A stretch of 38,339 nt of DNA from a virus: the IMG/VR virus record IMGVR_UViG_3300045988_105630. One strand, given 5' to 3'. Below, piece by piece: positions 29,528 to 37,030 of the stretch (position 1 is the stretch's first letter; each line of letters begins with the position of its first letter). The translations under genes were made by a program, and so were the position numbers. The notes below the pieces were generated by a model, which was not told the origin of the DNA, did no database searches, and saw only the letters and a program-made list of their open reading frames with translations.

Positions 29528-30809
29528 TATCTTTTCCCTCTAAGCCTGTAAGTTTTCTAACAGTCTCACTATCTGCAAATCCTGGAATAGCTTGGTTTAA
29601 TTTAATCAATCCGTCACCGACCAAATTCAAAGTAGATGCATCAGATTCAAATACAGGATCCCATTTTACTGTAGCTTTGTAGAATTGACTTCTCTCATAA
29701 TCGAATTCGTCCCTCATACTACTAGCAACATATCCAACATTTAAAAAACCACTACTAAAACATCGCTGAGCTTTTTTACCCATAACTCTTAAAGTCTCAT
29801 GACTTGCTTTAATGGCATCACTAGAACTTGGATTATCAGAAACAAATCCCAAATCGTCCAAAGTCAAACCAGATTCTCCGGCAAAACCTGCTGCAGCAGT
29901 TCTTAACTGTTCAGTAAATGGACTCATACTTGGTGTTGTGAATTGACCAACAACCGGCTTATCACCATCACTGTCCTTATCAATTCTTAACATACTAGAT
30001 ATAGTCGCTTTCCAGTTATCCCATTGCTCAGCTTCTGAACTCATTCCTAAAATGTATTTTTGTGGGAATGAATAGAATTCAGCAGTTATATCTGATCTCA
30101 CAAGAGTTCTTTTAGCATAAGTTTGATGATACTCACAAGCTTTTGTGATCCTACTTCTACCAAAAGGTCTCACCGCATCAGGTCTATGAATAATAGGCAC
30201 AAGACTTGCATAAGAACAACTATGCTTAAATATATTTTTTTGTTTATTTTTGATAATAGTTGTTTTATATGGCTCAAAATAAGCCTCAGTAATTGCGTGA
30301 CCTTCTTTATCTTTCTTTAAAATAGCGTAGCCTTCTTTCAGCAAACCTGTTACGGGATCAATAGTACCTGTCGCATTCGCAGCATCTATAACCTGCAATC
30401 TAATATCACCGACATCATCTTTTGATACATAGACAAAAGAACATGAAGCAATCAAAGCATTAAGAATAGCACTATCGAAGAAAACATCAGGATTATTCAT
30501 ATTAAAAATACTGTTCATATCGAATGGATCATTGTCGAAGCCTTTAAACACAAGTCTATCAGCAAGACAATCGACAGCTTTTGAACACCACCCTAATACA
30601 GCTTTATATTGTCTTTTTAAATCATTACTTATCATAATCCCTCTATCATAGTCTTCTTTTTTCATATCATACCTAATATATCTCTCAACAACTCTCGGTT
30701 GGTATAGTTTTAATTTTTTACGTAGATAATCAATTCCCGATTGAGTGTCTTCGTATTTCTTAACAATATCTTTGTTAATTTCATAATTTTGAGAAACTAA
30801 TTGTTCCAT
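29520..30809 (-). CDS. Portal protein (SPP1 gp6-like)
   Basis: ORF track, 429 aa. Size and position directly upstream of the MuF-like gene support the call. Confidence 0.75.
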   Translation of the reverse strand: MEQLVSQNYEINKDIVKKYEDTQSGIDYLRKKLKLYQPRVVERYIRYDMKKEDYDRGIMISNDLKRQYKAVLGWCSKAVDCLADRLVFKGFDNDPFDMNSIFNMNNPDVFFDSAILNALIASCSFVYVSKDDVGDIRLQVIDAANATGTIDPVTGLLKEGYAILKKDKEGHAITEAYFEPYKTTIIKNKQKNIFKHSCSYASLVPIIHRPDAVRPFGRSRITKACEYHQTYAKRTLVRSDITAEFYSFPQKYILGMSSEAEQWDNWKATISSMLRIDKDSDGDKPVVGQFTTPSMSPFTEQLRTAAAGFAGESGLTLDDLGFVSDNPSSSDAIKASHETLRVMGKKAQRCFSSGFLNVGYVASSMRDEFDYERSQFYKATVKWDPVFESDASTLNLVGDGLIKLNQAIPGFADSETVRKLTGLEGKDNG

Positions 30810-30910
30810 TTATATCACTTCCTTTCAATTCCAAAAATACCTCGTGTGAAAATATGTACAGTAACGGTGATGAAGTCCGCTTAAGCCCTACAGGGGGAGG
30901 TATCCCCCCA

Positions 30911-31249
30911 TCATCTGGATTTATATTTAGTCCAATCCATTGATTGAGGCAAATTTCTATTTCCTAGTACTTGTTGCTCTTTTATTGTTTTTTCTTTGAA
31001 TAATTTATCTGACTTCTGTCTATTACATGTCCAATGCGCTAGTTGCAAGTTGCTTATATCGCTTGGATGTCCGCCTTTACTCACTGGTATTATGTGATCT
31101 ATGCAAGGTGCCAAGGGATTAGGTGCTTTCAAACTCTTATCAACAGGCTTACCACATATACCACATGTATTCTGAGTCTTCAGTATTCTTTGTTTATTTC
31201 TTTCAAAGTTAGCCCTATGGGGGCCTTTTCTATCGGGGCGGGTATTCAT
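30911..31249 (-). CDS. HNH endonuclease
   Basis: ORF track, 112 aa. CGICGKPV...CIDHIIPVSKGGHPSDISNLQLAHWTCNRQKSDK. Confidence 0.85.
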   Translation of the reverse strand: MNTRPDRKGPHRANFERNKQRILKTQNTCGICGKPVDKSLKAPNPLAPCIDHIIPVSKGGHPSDISNLQLAHWTCNRQKSDKLFKEKTIKEQQVLGNRNLPQSMDWTKYKSR

Positions 31250-31283
31250 AAAATCAGTCCTTTTCTTGCATTAAAAAAGGACT
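31250..31283 (-). terminator. Intrinsic terminator ending HicAB cassette 2. Its 3' arm contains the HNH ribosome-binding site.
   Basis: The minus-strand RNA reads AGUCCUUUU-uuaaugcaag-AAAAGGACU followed by GAUUUUAUG, where the AUG is the HNH start. Confidence 0.55.
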
Positions 31284-31319
31284 ACCCACAATCGGATAAT
31301 CCTAATTTAAAATATTTTA

Positions 31320-31700
31320 TTATCTGCTTAACTTATATAAAGCATATTGATTTAAACTAATTCCCTCTTTTTCTGCTTGAATTGACAAAAGCTTATGAAG
31401 TGATTTTGGAAGTCTCAAAGTAAACTTCCCTGAGAAATCATCATCGTCAAAAGGCAATGGTACTTTTTCCCCATCTTGAATACGTCTTTCAATACTCAAT
31501 TCTAAAACCTCTTGCATCCTATCTTGCAACGATATCATATCGTCAGCGTTAGTCTTTGCTTCTGGAATTTCCAAGAAACTACCTACAAAATAACTTCCAC
31601 TTTCATCATCAACTTTTTTTATAATCTTTGTATAGTCTAAATTATAAAAATCTTTCGCTTTCTCCAAAATTTCTTTTTCACACGAACTCATATATAGCAC
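31320..31700 (-). CDS. hicB: HicB-family antitoxin with a C-terminal ribbon-helix-helix-like tail
   Basis: ORF track, 126 aa. ...GSYFVGSFLEIPEAKTNADDMISLQDRMQEVLELSIE... and the C-terminus FTLRLPKSLHKLLSIQAEKEGISLNQYALYKL. Confidence 0.7.
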   Translation of the reverse strand: MLYMSSCEKEILEKAKDFYNLDYTKIIKKVDDESGSYFVGSFLEIPEAKTNADDMISLQDRMQEVLELSIERRIQDGEKVPLPFDDDDFSGKFTLRLPKSLHKLLSIQAEKEGISLNQYALYKLSR

Positions 31701-31730
31701 ACCAAGCGTTCGTTTTATGGAAGAAAGTAT

Positions 31731-31967
31731 CTAAATAATACCCTCTTCCTTTAATCTCACCAATAACTCTTCGATTTGATACTTCTTTGCAGGATTATCA
31801 CCAACAACAGTAAACACATCTCTATATTTTTTTGTATACTGGAAATGATCTCCTTTTGTTCTACTATGTTTATATCCCATATATTCTAAAACCTTAATAA
31901 TTTCTTTATATGAAATATTCGTACCACCTTGTTTGGCTTTTTTTATTATTTTATCAACGCTTGGCAT
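31731..31967 (-). CDS. hicA: HicA-family toxin
   Basis: ORF track, 78 aa. ISYKEIIKVLEYMGYKHSRTKGDHFQY. It lies upstream of the hicB-like gene. SD AAAGGAGGTAG. Confidence 0.7.
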   Translation of the reverse strand: MPSVDKIIKKAKQGGTNISYKEIIKVLEYMGYKHSRTKGDHFQYTKKYRDVFTVVGDNPAKKYQIEELLVRLKEEGII

Positions 31968-31988
31968 TTCTACCTCCTTTATGATTAT

Positions 31989-32017
31989 ATAATACCATAT
32001 ATGATACCACTTGTCAA
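31989..32017 (-). promoter_or_regulatory. Promoter of HicAB cassette 2: TTGACA-17-TGgTATTAT, with the direct repeat TGGTAT-n6-TGGTAT
   Basis: Minus strand reads TTGACAagtggtatcatatatggTATTAT. Confidence 0.6.
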
Positions 32018-32039
32018 GTATTTTATTATTTTTTCAACC

Positions 32040-32066
32040 AAAAAAGCCGATACAACATGTCGACTT
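32040..32066 (-). terminator. Intrinsic terminator upstream of HicAB cassette 2
   Basis: The minus-strand RNA reads AAGUCGA-cauguugua-UCGGCUU followed by UUUUU. Confidence 0.55.
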
Positions 32067-32123
32067 CCAGGTTAAATATTTTAAAAGGAGGTGAAATATT
32101 ACATCGTATTTGTAACTTTCTCC

Positions 32124-32174
32124 AATATCATAATATCATAGTTCATACTCTCATTTACTCTCATTTACTCTCAA
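32124..32174. repeat. Two short tandem repeats directly downstream of the late-regulator gene: AATATCAT x2 (32124..32139) and TCATTTACTC x2 plus partial units (32147..32174)
   Basis: Read directly. Confidence 0.7.
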
Positions 32175-32178
32175 TATT

Positions 32179-32574
32179 TTATAAATCTTTAATTAAACTC
32201 AAAGCCTCACCGTGTAATCTAAATATAGTTTGCTCACTTCGATGCATGATCTTAGCAATATCCTGCCACTTTAAACACTGAACATATCTCAAATTAAGTA
32301 AAACACCATATTCCCCATCCACGCCGCAAATCTTTTTCTTATAACATTCTCTTAAATCGATTAGTTCACTAATCCTCTTGTTAATGCTACATTCCAAATC
32401 AACAATCCTCTCAATTAAATCATTGTCATTTCTAACACTTGATTGCACCTTCTCACTATATGCAGATGGAGACCTAATCGAATATTTAAGAGAGTTCAAC
32501 TTCTCCAACTCTTTTATATCCGCACTAATTCTCAAATCTAATAAGTAGATCCTTTGCAACTCCTTCTTAGTCAT
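32179..32574 (-). CDS. DUF1492/ArpU/RinA-type late transcriptional regulator (sigma-70 region-4-like)
   Basis: ORF track, 131 aa. The C-terminus YGVLLNLRYVQCLKWQDIAKIMHRSEQTIFRLHGEALSLI is a region-4-type HTH. It is the last gene before the packaging module. Confidence 0.6.
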   Translation of the reverse strand: MTKKELQRIYLLDLRISADIKELEKLNSLKYSIRSPSAYSEKVQSSVRNDNDLIERIVDLECSINKRISELIDLRECYKKKICGVDGEYGVLLNLRYVQCLKWQDIAKIMHRSEQTIFRLHGEALSLIKDL

Positions 32575-33061
32575 GATTTTTCAAATCTTCCTCTTTGACA
32601 AAAACACCGTCCACCATCTTACCTTTTCTGCTGCTAATCTCGGAGTAAGCAAGATTCACACACTCTTTCAAAGTAGTATCGAACTCATCCGCAATTAATT
32701 CCAGTAATTTAACCAATTTAACAACATAAAAATACTCGTAAGGCTCATCACAACTACTAATATTGACAATCTCATCTCCTAGCATTCGTAACATACGCTC
32801 TCTATCCCTAAATCGTCCTCCATCATTCATGTAATTCTCACAAATGTTATTATTGTTCAACATACAACCAATAACCAAAGTCACATAAACATCACCAATA
32901 CTATCCTTAATCAAATCAATATCATTCTTACAGATTCCCTTGATAAGCTCACTCATTTCCTCAATAGTCTTAATAGCCTGTCCTTGAATAGTTCCTTTTT
33001 CGTTTATGTTTCGAATAACAGCCCATTCCTTAATCTTTATATTCAACTCTTCAATATTCAT
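32567..33061 (-). CDS. MazG-like nucleotide pyrophosphohydrolase
   Basis: ORF track, 164 aa. ...AIKTIEEMSELIKGI...DSIGDVYVTLVI. Confidence 0.55.
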   Translation of the reverse strand: MNIEELNIKIKEWAVIRNINEKGTIQGQAIKTIEEMSELIKGICKNDIDLIKDSIGDVYVTLVIGCMLNNNNICENYMNDGGRFRDRERMLRMLGDEIVNISSCDEPYEYFYVVKLVKLLELIADEFDTTLKECVNLAYSEISSRKGKMVDGVFVKEEDLKNHD

Positions 33062-33594
33062 CTAACATTCCTCGCTTTCCAGTCAATTCCATAGCAGTTC
33101 CACAAAAAGCACGACTTATAATCCTTGAAATCAAACACACCAAACCTATCAGTCTTACTAATCAGCCTAGCGTTACCACATAACCTATTCAAACTATTAC
33201 TCTTTTCGCCACAGTGATTAGACACATAATAACTCTTACCAACCTCAAATTTATCGCTTATACAGCTTTTACCATACGTCCTTTTAGGTTGTGTATGATA
33301 AGTTATCTTGAAATCACCTTTCTTAACCAATCCGCCATTTGCAAGTTCTTCTTCAATCTCCTTGTCGATTTCTTCCATCATTTTCATTTCCACTTTTTCA
33401 TTCCAAGTGTAAACATTATAAGTCTTCCTAAAATCCACAAGCTCATCATTCATCTTCAAAAATCTAGTAACAGTATTCTTGCTTTTGTTTAAAATCTTAC
33501 TAATACTCTCAGAAACTTTTGTCAAGCTTTCTCCACTGTGACTTCTAATCTGCGACTTACAAATCCTTATCTCATAATCGTGCCAACCTTTCAT
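33058..33594 (-). CDS. Hypothetical protein
   Basis: ORF track, 178 aa. It overlaps both neighbours by 4 nt. No domain recognised. Confidence 0.6.
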   Translation of the reverse strand: MKGWHDYEIRICKSQIRSHSGESLTKVSESISKILNKSKNTVTRFLKMNDELVDFRKTYNVYTWNEKVEMKMMEEIDKEIEEELANGGLVKKGDFKITYHTQPKRTYGKSCISDKFEVGKSYYVSNHCGEKSNSLNRLCGNARLISKTDRFGVFDFKDYKSCFLWNCYGIDWKARNVR

Positions 33595-33947
33595 CTAATC
33601 TCCCTAAAATCGTAATGTTCATCATATATTTTTAAAAACATCTTTTTCTTGATTTTATAAACATCTGTCAATACACCTTTTACATCCTCAACAACATTTC
33701 TTCCTTCTTTATCGTTATATAAAAAGTCCGCTACATACTCAATCTTTTTATGTTTTATCTCGTTTTTGTCAAAGAATTCATCTTGTAATATGAACCTAGG
33801 TTGAAGCACTAGATTTCTAATTTCTCCTGCTTTTAAAAACAATTTCAATTCACAATATCTTTCAGCTTCTCTTTTGCTGTCAAAGGTGTGTCCATCAATC
33901 TTGATTTTTTTTGCATTATACTTATTTCGTCTTGCCATTTTTCGCAT
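33591..33947 (-). CDS. DUF1064-family protein (putative resolvase-like nuclease)
   Basis: ORF track, 118 aa. NKYNAKKIKIDGHTFDSKREAERYCELKLFLKAGEIRNLVLQPRF. Confidence 0.65.
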   Translation of the reverse strand: MRKMARRNKYNAKKIKIDGHTFDSKREAERYCELKLFLKAGEIRNLVLQPRFILQDEFFDKNEIKHKKIEYVADFLYNDKEGRNVVEDVKGVLTDVYKIKKKMFLKIYDEHYDFREIR

Positions 33948-34791
33948 CTTCCTTTTCTTTTCTCATCTTGCTAAAAGCATTTTGCATAGTATTAAAACTA
34001 TTGTTAAACTTATCAGCTTGTTTTGTTTCTTCCTGCTGCTTTGGTCTATAATAAGTTTCTTTTTTCTTGAAATTATTTCTAGGCTTATCCGCTCCAGTTT
34101 TTTTCTTATTCAGCACTCCACGTATATAAGCTAAAGTCCTAACTCCATTTTGTTCAGCTATCTCAATAGCTTTCTTGACCCATTCATAGCTATACTCATT
34201 CATATAGTCACGTAACATATTTGCACTATAAGGTGTTATCAATCCAAACCCACAATCTTGATACAGCTTTATAAGTTCAGCTAACTTTGGATTATCTAAA
34301 TCCATTTCTGCTGGAGGGGGAACAACACCTGTAGTGTTATTACTCATTATTAATTCATTATTACTCATTATTGTTTGTTTCTTTTTGATTTCTTTTTGAT
34401 TTATTTCTGTTTTATTTCTGTTTTCTTTCAGTGTTATTTCAGTGTTACTTTTTGTGTTTTCGCTATCTTGATAAACCTCGTAATTTACTATGTTATAGAC
34501 CGTTTTTTTACTGTCACTTTTATAGCTAATCATTTTTTCATCACTTAACAAATTTAAAAACTTCTTTGTTTTCGTTATACTCCATCCCCATCGTTCAGAT
34601 AGCTTTCTGAGTGATGTTATTTTTTCACCTCTCTTGACCTCAATAATACTTCCATTGAACAAAACTTTCTTATCCTCATGATTGGCTAACAATAACAAAT
34701 CAACCCAAGCAGCTCCACGATTAAAAGGCTTGTCATTCCATATTAAATTATCTTGTATTTTCCTGTGTATGCTAATCCAACCATAAGACAT
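33922..34791 (-). CDS. Replisome organiser (N-terminal winged-helix part plus C-terminal DnaD-like domain)
   Basis: ORF track, 289 aa. YGWISIHRKIQDNLIWNDKPFNRGAAWVDLLLLANHED at the N-terminus and ...WVKKAIEIAEQNGVRTLAYIRGVLNKKK at the C-terminus, with a low-complexity middle region. Confidence 0.7.
   Translation of the reverse strand: MSYGWISIHRKIQDNLIWNDKPFNRGAAWVDLLLLANHEDKKVLFNGSIIEVKRGEKITSLRKLSERWGWSITKTKKFLNLLSDEKMISYKSDSKKTVYNIVNYEVYQDSENTKSNTEITLKENRNKTEINQKEIKKKQTIMSNNELIMSNNTTGVVPPPAEMDLDNPKLAELIKLYQDCGFGLITPYSANMLRDYMNEYSYEWVKKAIEIAEQNGVRTLAYIRGVLNKKKTGADKPRNNFKKKETYYRPKQQEETKQADKFNNSFNTMQNAFSKMRKEKEDAKNGKTK
34336..34447. repeat. Cluster of back-to-back tandem duplications (iteron-like), a candidate origin of replication
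   Basis: ATTACTCATTATT at 34339 and 34360. TTCTTTTTGAT x2 (34379..34400), TTATTTCTGTT x2 (34401..34422) and TTTCAGTGTTA x2 (34426..34447). Confidence 0.6.
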
Positions 34792-34802
34792 TTACATCAC
34801 CT

Positions 34803-35231
34803 CTAAAAAGGTAGGTCGTCATCGAAAGATTCTTGAGCGCTCATACCCAAATCAGCTGGATTGCTGTATCCTTGATTAGTTTTGTTACCGCTGCTATTGT
34901 TTTCAATAAAATCAAAGCTATCCACAATAACATCAGTCGTATATACTCTTTTACCTTCCTTGTTTTCGTATGATCCAGTTTGAATATGACCTGTAATCGC
35001 AATCTTGTTCCCTTTTTTAAAATACTGTCCAATAACCTCTGCAGTCTTCCCAAACGCAATACAGTTAATAAAATCAGCAGTAGGTTGGTTATTACTTTCT
35101 GCTGCTTGTTTCTTTTCTTTGCTAAGTTTCCTATCAACCGCACAAGTAAACCTACCAATAGCCATATTACCAGTTGTATATCTCAAATCAACATCCTTGA
35201 CCAATCTTCCTATTAAACATACATTATTCAT
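34803..35231 (-). CDS. ssb: Single-stranded DNA-binding protein
   Basis: ORF track, 142 aa. OB-fold pattern NNVCLIGRLVKDVDLRYT...FINCIAFGKTAE and an acidic tail DDDLPF. Confidence 0.9.
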   Translation of the reverse strand: MNNVCLIGRLVKDVDLRYTTGNMAIGRFTCAVDRKLSKEKKQAAESNNQPTADFINCIAFGKTAEVIGQYFKKGNKIAITGHIQTGSYENKEGKRVYTTDVIVDSFDFIENNSSGNKTNQGYSNPADLGMSAQESFDDDLPF

Positions 35232-35816
35232 TTACCAACCCCTCACTTCCGTAAGCAATCTTTGTTGCTCTCTTGCTGTCAAATCATCAAATTTTTGTTT
35301 CTTAAACTTTGTTTTTATAACCTCAGTAAGCTTATCAAAACCAATACCCTTAACCTTCAATATTTCACCAATCTGTTGTTTGATCAATGACTGTTGACTT
35401 GCACTAGATTCATTTTCTTCACCCGAATTAGTCACATCACTATCTTTTGTATCATCAATAGCAAATAGTCCATTTAAAGCATACTTACGCGCGTATGAGC
35501 TACTAGCTCCTGTAACTTGGGAGCTATCCATACCTTTTTTATTCTCTTCTTCCCTTGCATAGGCACTTGAAGCTATAATCTCTCCACTCTCAACATCAAC
35601 CAAACTCACAGTAGCTTTAACATAAAACCTATTGTCTACCTGTTCAATCTCATCATTGACAATTACGACACATTTTTCCTTTTTTAAAATCGGCTTTACA
35701 GCCTCCAGAATATCCTCGCAGCTTCTGTAATTATATCTACCAAAATTATTAGTCTGATTCTTTGGAGCCTTTAATTCTGATTGAATATTAAGTAACTTTT
35801 CATAAATAGCCATCAT
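35232..35816 (-). CDS. ERF-family single-strand annealing recombinase
   Basis: ORF track, 194 aa. IYEKLLNIQSELKAPKNQTNNFGRYNYRSCEDILEAVKPIL...GASSSYARKYALNGLF. Confidence 0.75.
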   Translation of the reverse strand: MMAIYEKLLNIQSELKAPKNQTNNFGRYNYRSCEDILEAVKPILKKEKCVVIVNDEIEQVDNRFYVKATVSLVDVESGEIIASSAYAREEENKKGMDSSQVTGASSSYARKYALNGLFAIDDTKDSDVTNSGEENESSASQQSLIKQQIGEILKVKGIGFDKLTEVIKTKFKKQKFDDLTAREQQRLLTEVRGW

Positions 35817-36046
35817 CTAATCCCCTCATTTTCATCAACATCATCTTTTACAATCCTATAAATGTCATCAAATCTATCAATAACAACATCGATAATCCTA
35901 TCAACACTACACTCACATTCATAAGTGTTATCCTTGATCAACTCCCTAACCTGTAGCGTAATCTCATACCTGTCAGCCTCAGCCTTATCAAAAAATTTGC
36001 GCCCATCAGAACAAGTCCACACTATCTCTTTTTGACCTCTAACCAT
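35813..36046 (-). CDS. Hypothetical early protein
   Basis: ORF track, 77 aa. It is coupled to its neighbours. Confidence 0.55.
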   Translation of the reverse strand: MVRGQKEIVWTCSDGRKFFDKAEADRYEITLQVRELIKDNTYECECSVDRIIDVVIDRFDDIYRIVKDDVDENEGIR

Positions 36047-36374
36047 TAGTTTTCTCCTTATCTATTGAATTCATAAAATAAATTTGTAAATATATATAGT
36101 GCAACTTCTTGCAGTTATTCTTTAAAGCATTGAACCTCTCATCACTAATTCTAAAATCATCAGTAATAGATACTTGCAGCTGCTCATCAAATATAAAAGC
36201 AAGTTCACCAAACATTAAATCCTTCGTATCAATCATAGACACTTGATTATCTTCCTTTTTTGTAAACACACAAGCAATCGGAAATTGACCGGAACTAAAT
36301 TTAAAATCTAAGTTCTCACTATCCGCCAATTTTTCAATCTTTTCACTAACCTTGTTAATCTCATCCAATAACAT
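36039..36374 (-). CDS. Hypothetical early protein
   Basis: ORF track, 111 aa. Confidence 0.55.
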   Translation of the reverse strand: MLLDEINKVSEKIEKLADSENLDFKFSSGQFPIACVFTKKEDNQVSMIDTKDLMFGELAFIFDEQLQVSITDDFRISDERFNALKNNCKKLHYIYLQIYFMNSIDKEKTNG

Positions 36375-36423
36375 ATATACACTCCCTAAAATTCGTGGTA
36401 TAATAAAAGAGCAGTATGTTGAA

Positions 36424-36459
36424 ACGCCTGTGTTTGTAGTGGGACACAGACGTTTTTTT
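36424..36459. terminator. Hairpin with flanking A7/T7 tracts (a potentially bidirectional terminator) in the gap between two early genes
   Basis: ACGCCTGTGT-ttgtagtggg-ACACAGACGT plus TTTTTT on the plus strand. On the minus-strand RNA the single mismatch becomes a G.U pair. Confidence 0.5.
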
Positions 36460-36463
36460 ATGC

Positions 36464-36649
36464 CTATAATTCCTTAACATCTGTACCACGGTAATACCCT
36501 TGCATACCCTCACTCTTTTGAAAATCAATCACAATTCTGTGCTTAAAATACTGATCTAATTCTTCCTTTAATTTGTACGGTGAGTTATCATAAAAATATT
36601 CCAAGCATTCATCTGTAATGTCAAAATCTATAGTCGCCCTAAACTTCAT
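36464..36649 (-). CDS. Hypothetical early protein
   Basis: ORF track, 61 aa. Confidence 0.5.
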   Translation of the reverse strand: MKFRATIDFDITDECLEYFYDNSPYKLKEELDQYFKHRIVIDFQKSEGMQGYYRGTDVKEL

Positions 36650-36789
36650 CTTTTCACTCCTCTTTTAGCCATCTTTTTGAACAATTCTGATCTGTTCATA
36701 ATCTTCTCATCTCTCTTATCTGATACATCCAACGTCGCACTACTGGCTTGTTTAACTAAATATCGTCTCTCTTTATAGTCTTTTCGCAT
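36646..36789 (-). CDS. Small basic protein candidate (47 aa)
   Basis: Own translation: MRKDYKERRYLVKQASSATLDVSDKRDEKIMNRSELFKKMAKRGVKR*. Its start abuts the upstream stop (TAAATG) and its stop overlaps the downstream start (ATGA). The SD is weak. Confidence 0.35.
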   Translation of the reverse strand: MRKDYKERRYLVKQASSATLDVSDKRDEKIMNRSELFKKMAKRGVKR

Positions 36790-37017
36790 TTAAAGCATTC
36801 TCGAAGTAATCACCAAAACGTTTAAAAGCACGAAAAACTTCAAAGCCATAATACAAAGATTAAATATTAATTTCATATCATCTAATTTGTCTGATTTTAC
36901 ATTTTTTTTAGTCTTTACTCTCTTGCTATTCCCAACACTTCTTTTTTTACTTACATCTTTTGATCTCTTAAATTTTGTCCAAACCTCATCATTAAAATCC
37001 GATACTCTTTTTTCCAT
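36790..37017 (-). CDS. Hypothetical protein with a basic N-terminus and a C-terminal transmembrane helix
   Basis: ORF track, 75 aa. ...LIFNLCIMALKFFVLLNVLVI. Confidence 0.5.
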   Translation of the reverse strand: MEKRVSDFNDEVWTKFKRSKDVSKKRSVGNSKRVKTKKNVKSDKLDDMKLIFNLCIMALKFFVLLNVLVITSRML

Positions 37018-37030
37018 AATTAAACTCCCT

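Noticed and set aside
32057-32281. 74-aa plus-strand ORF in the track downstream of an AAAAGGAGGTG
   Set aside because: Its ATG precedes the SD-like element rather than following it. It runs antisense into the late-regulator gene and its translation is low-complexity. The SD-like element has no start codon at usable spacing.
34841-35397. ORFs 34841..35158 (-), 34980..35216 (+) and 35005..35397 (+) overlapping ssb
   Set aside because: The ssb frame has an unmistakable OB-fold and an acidic tail. The others are shadow frames without signals.
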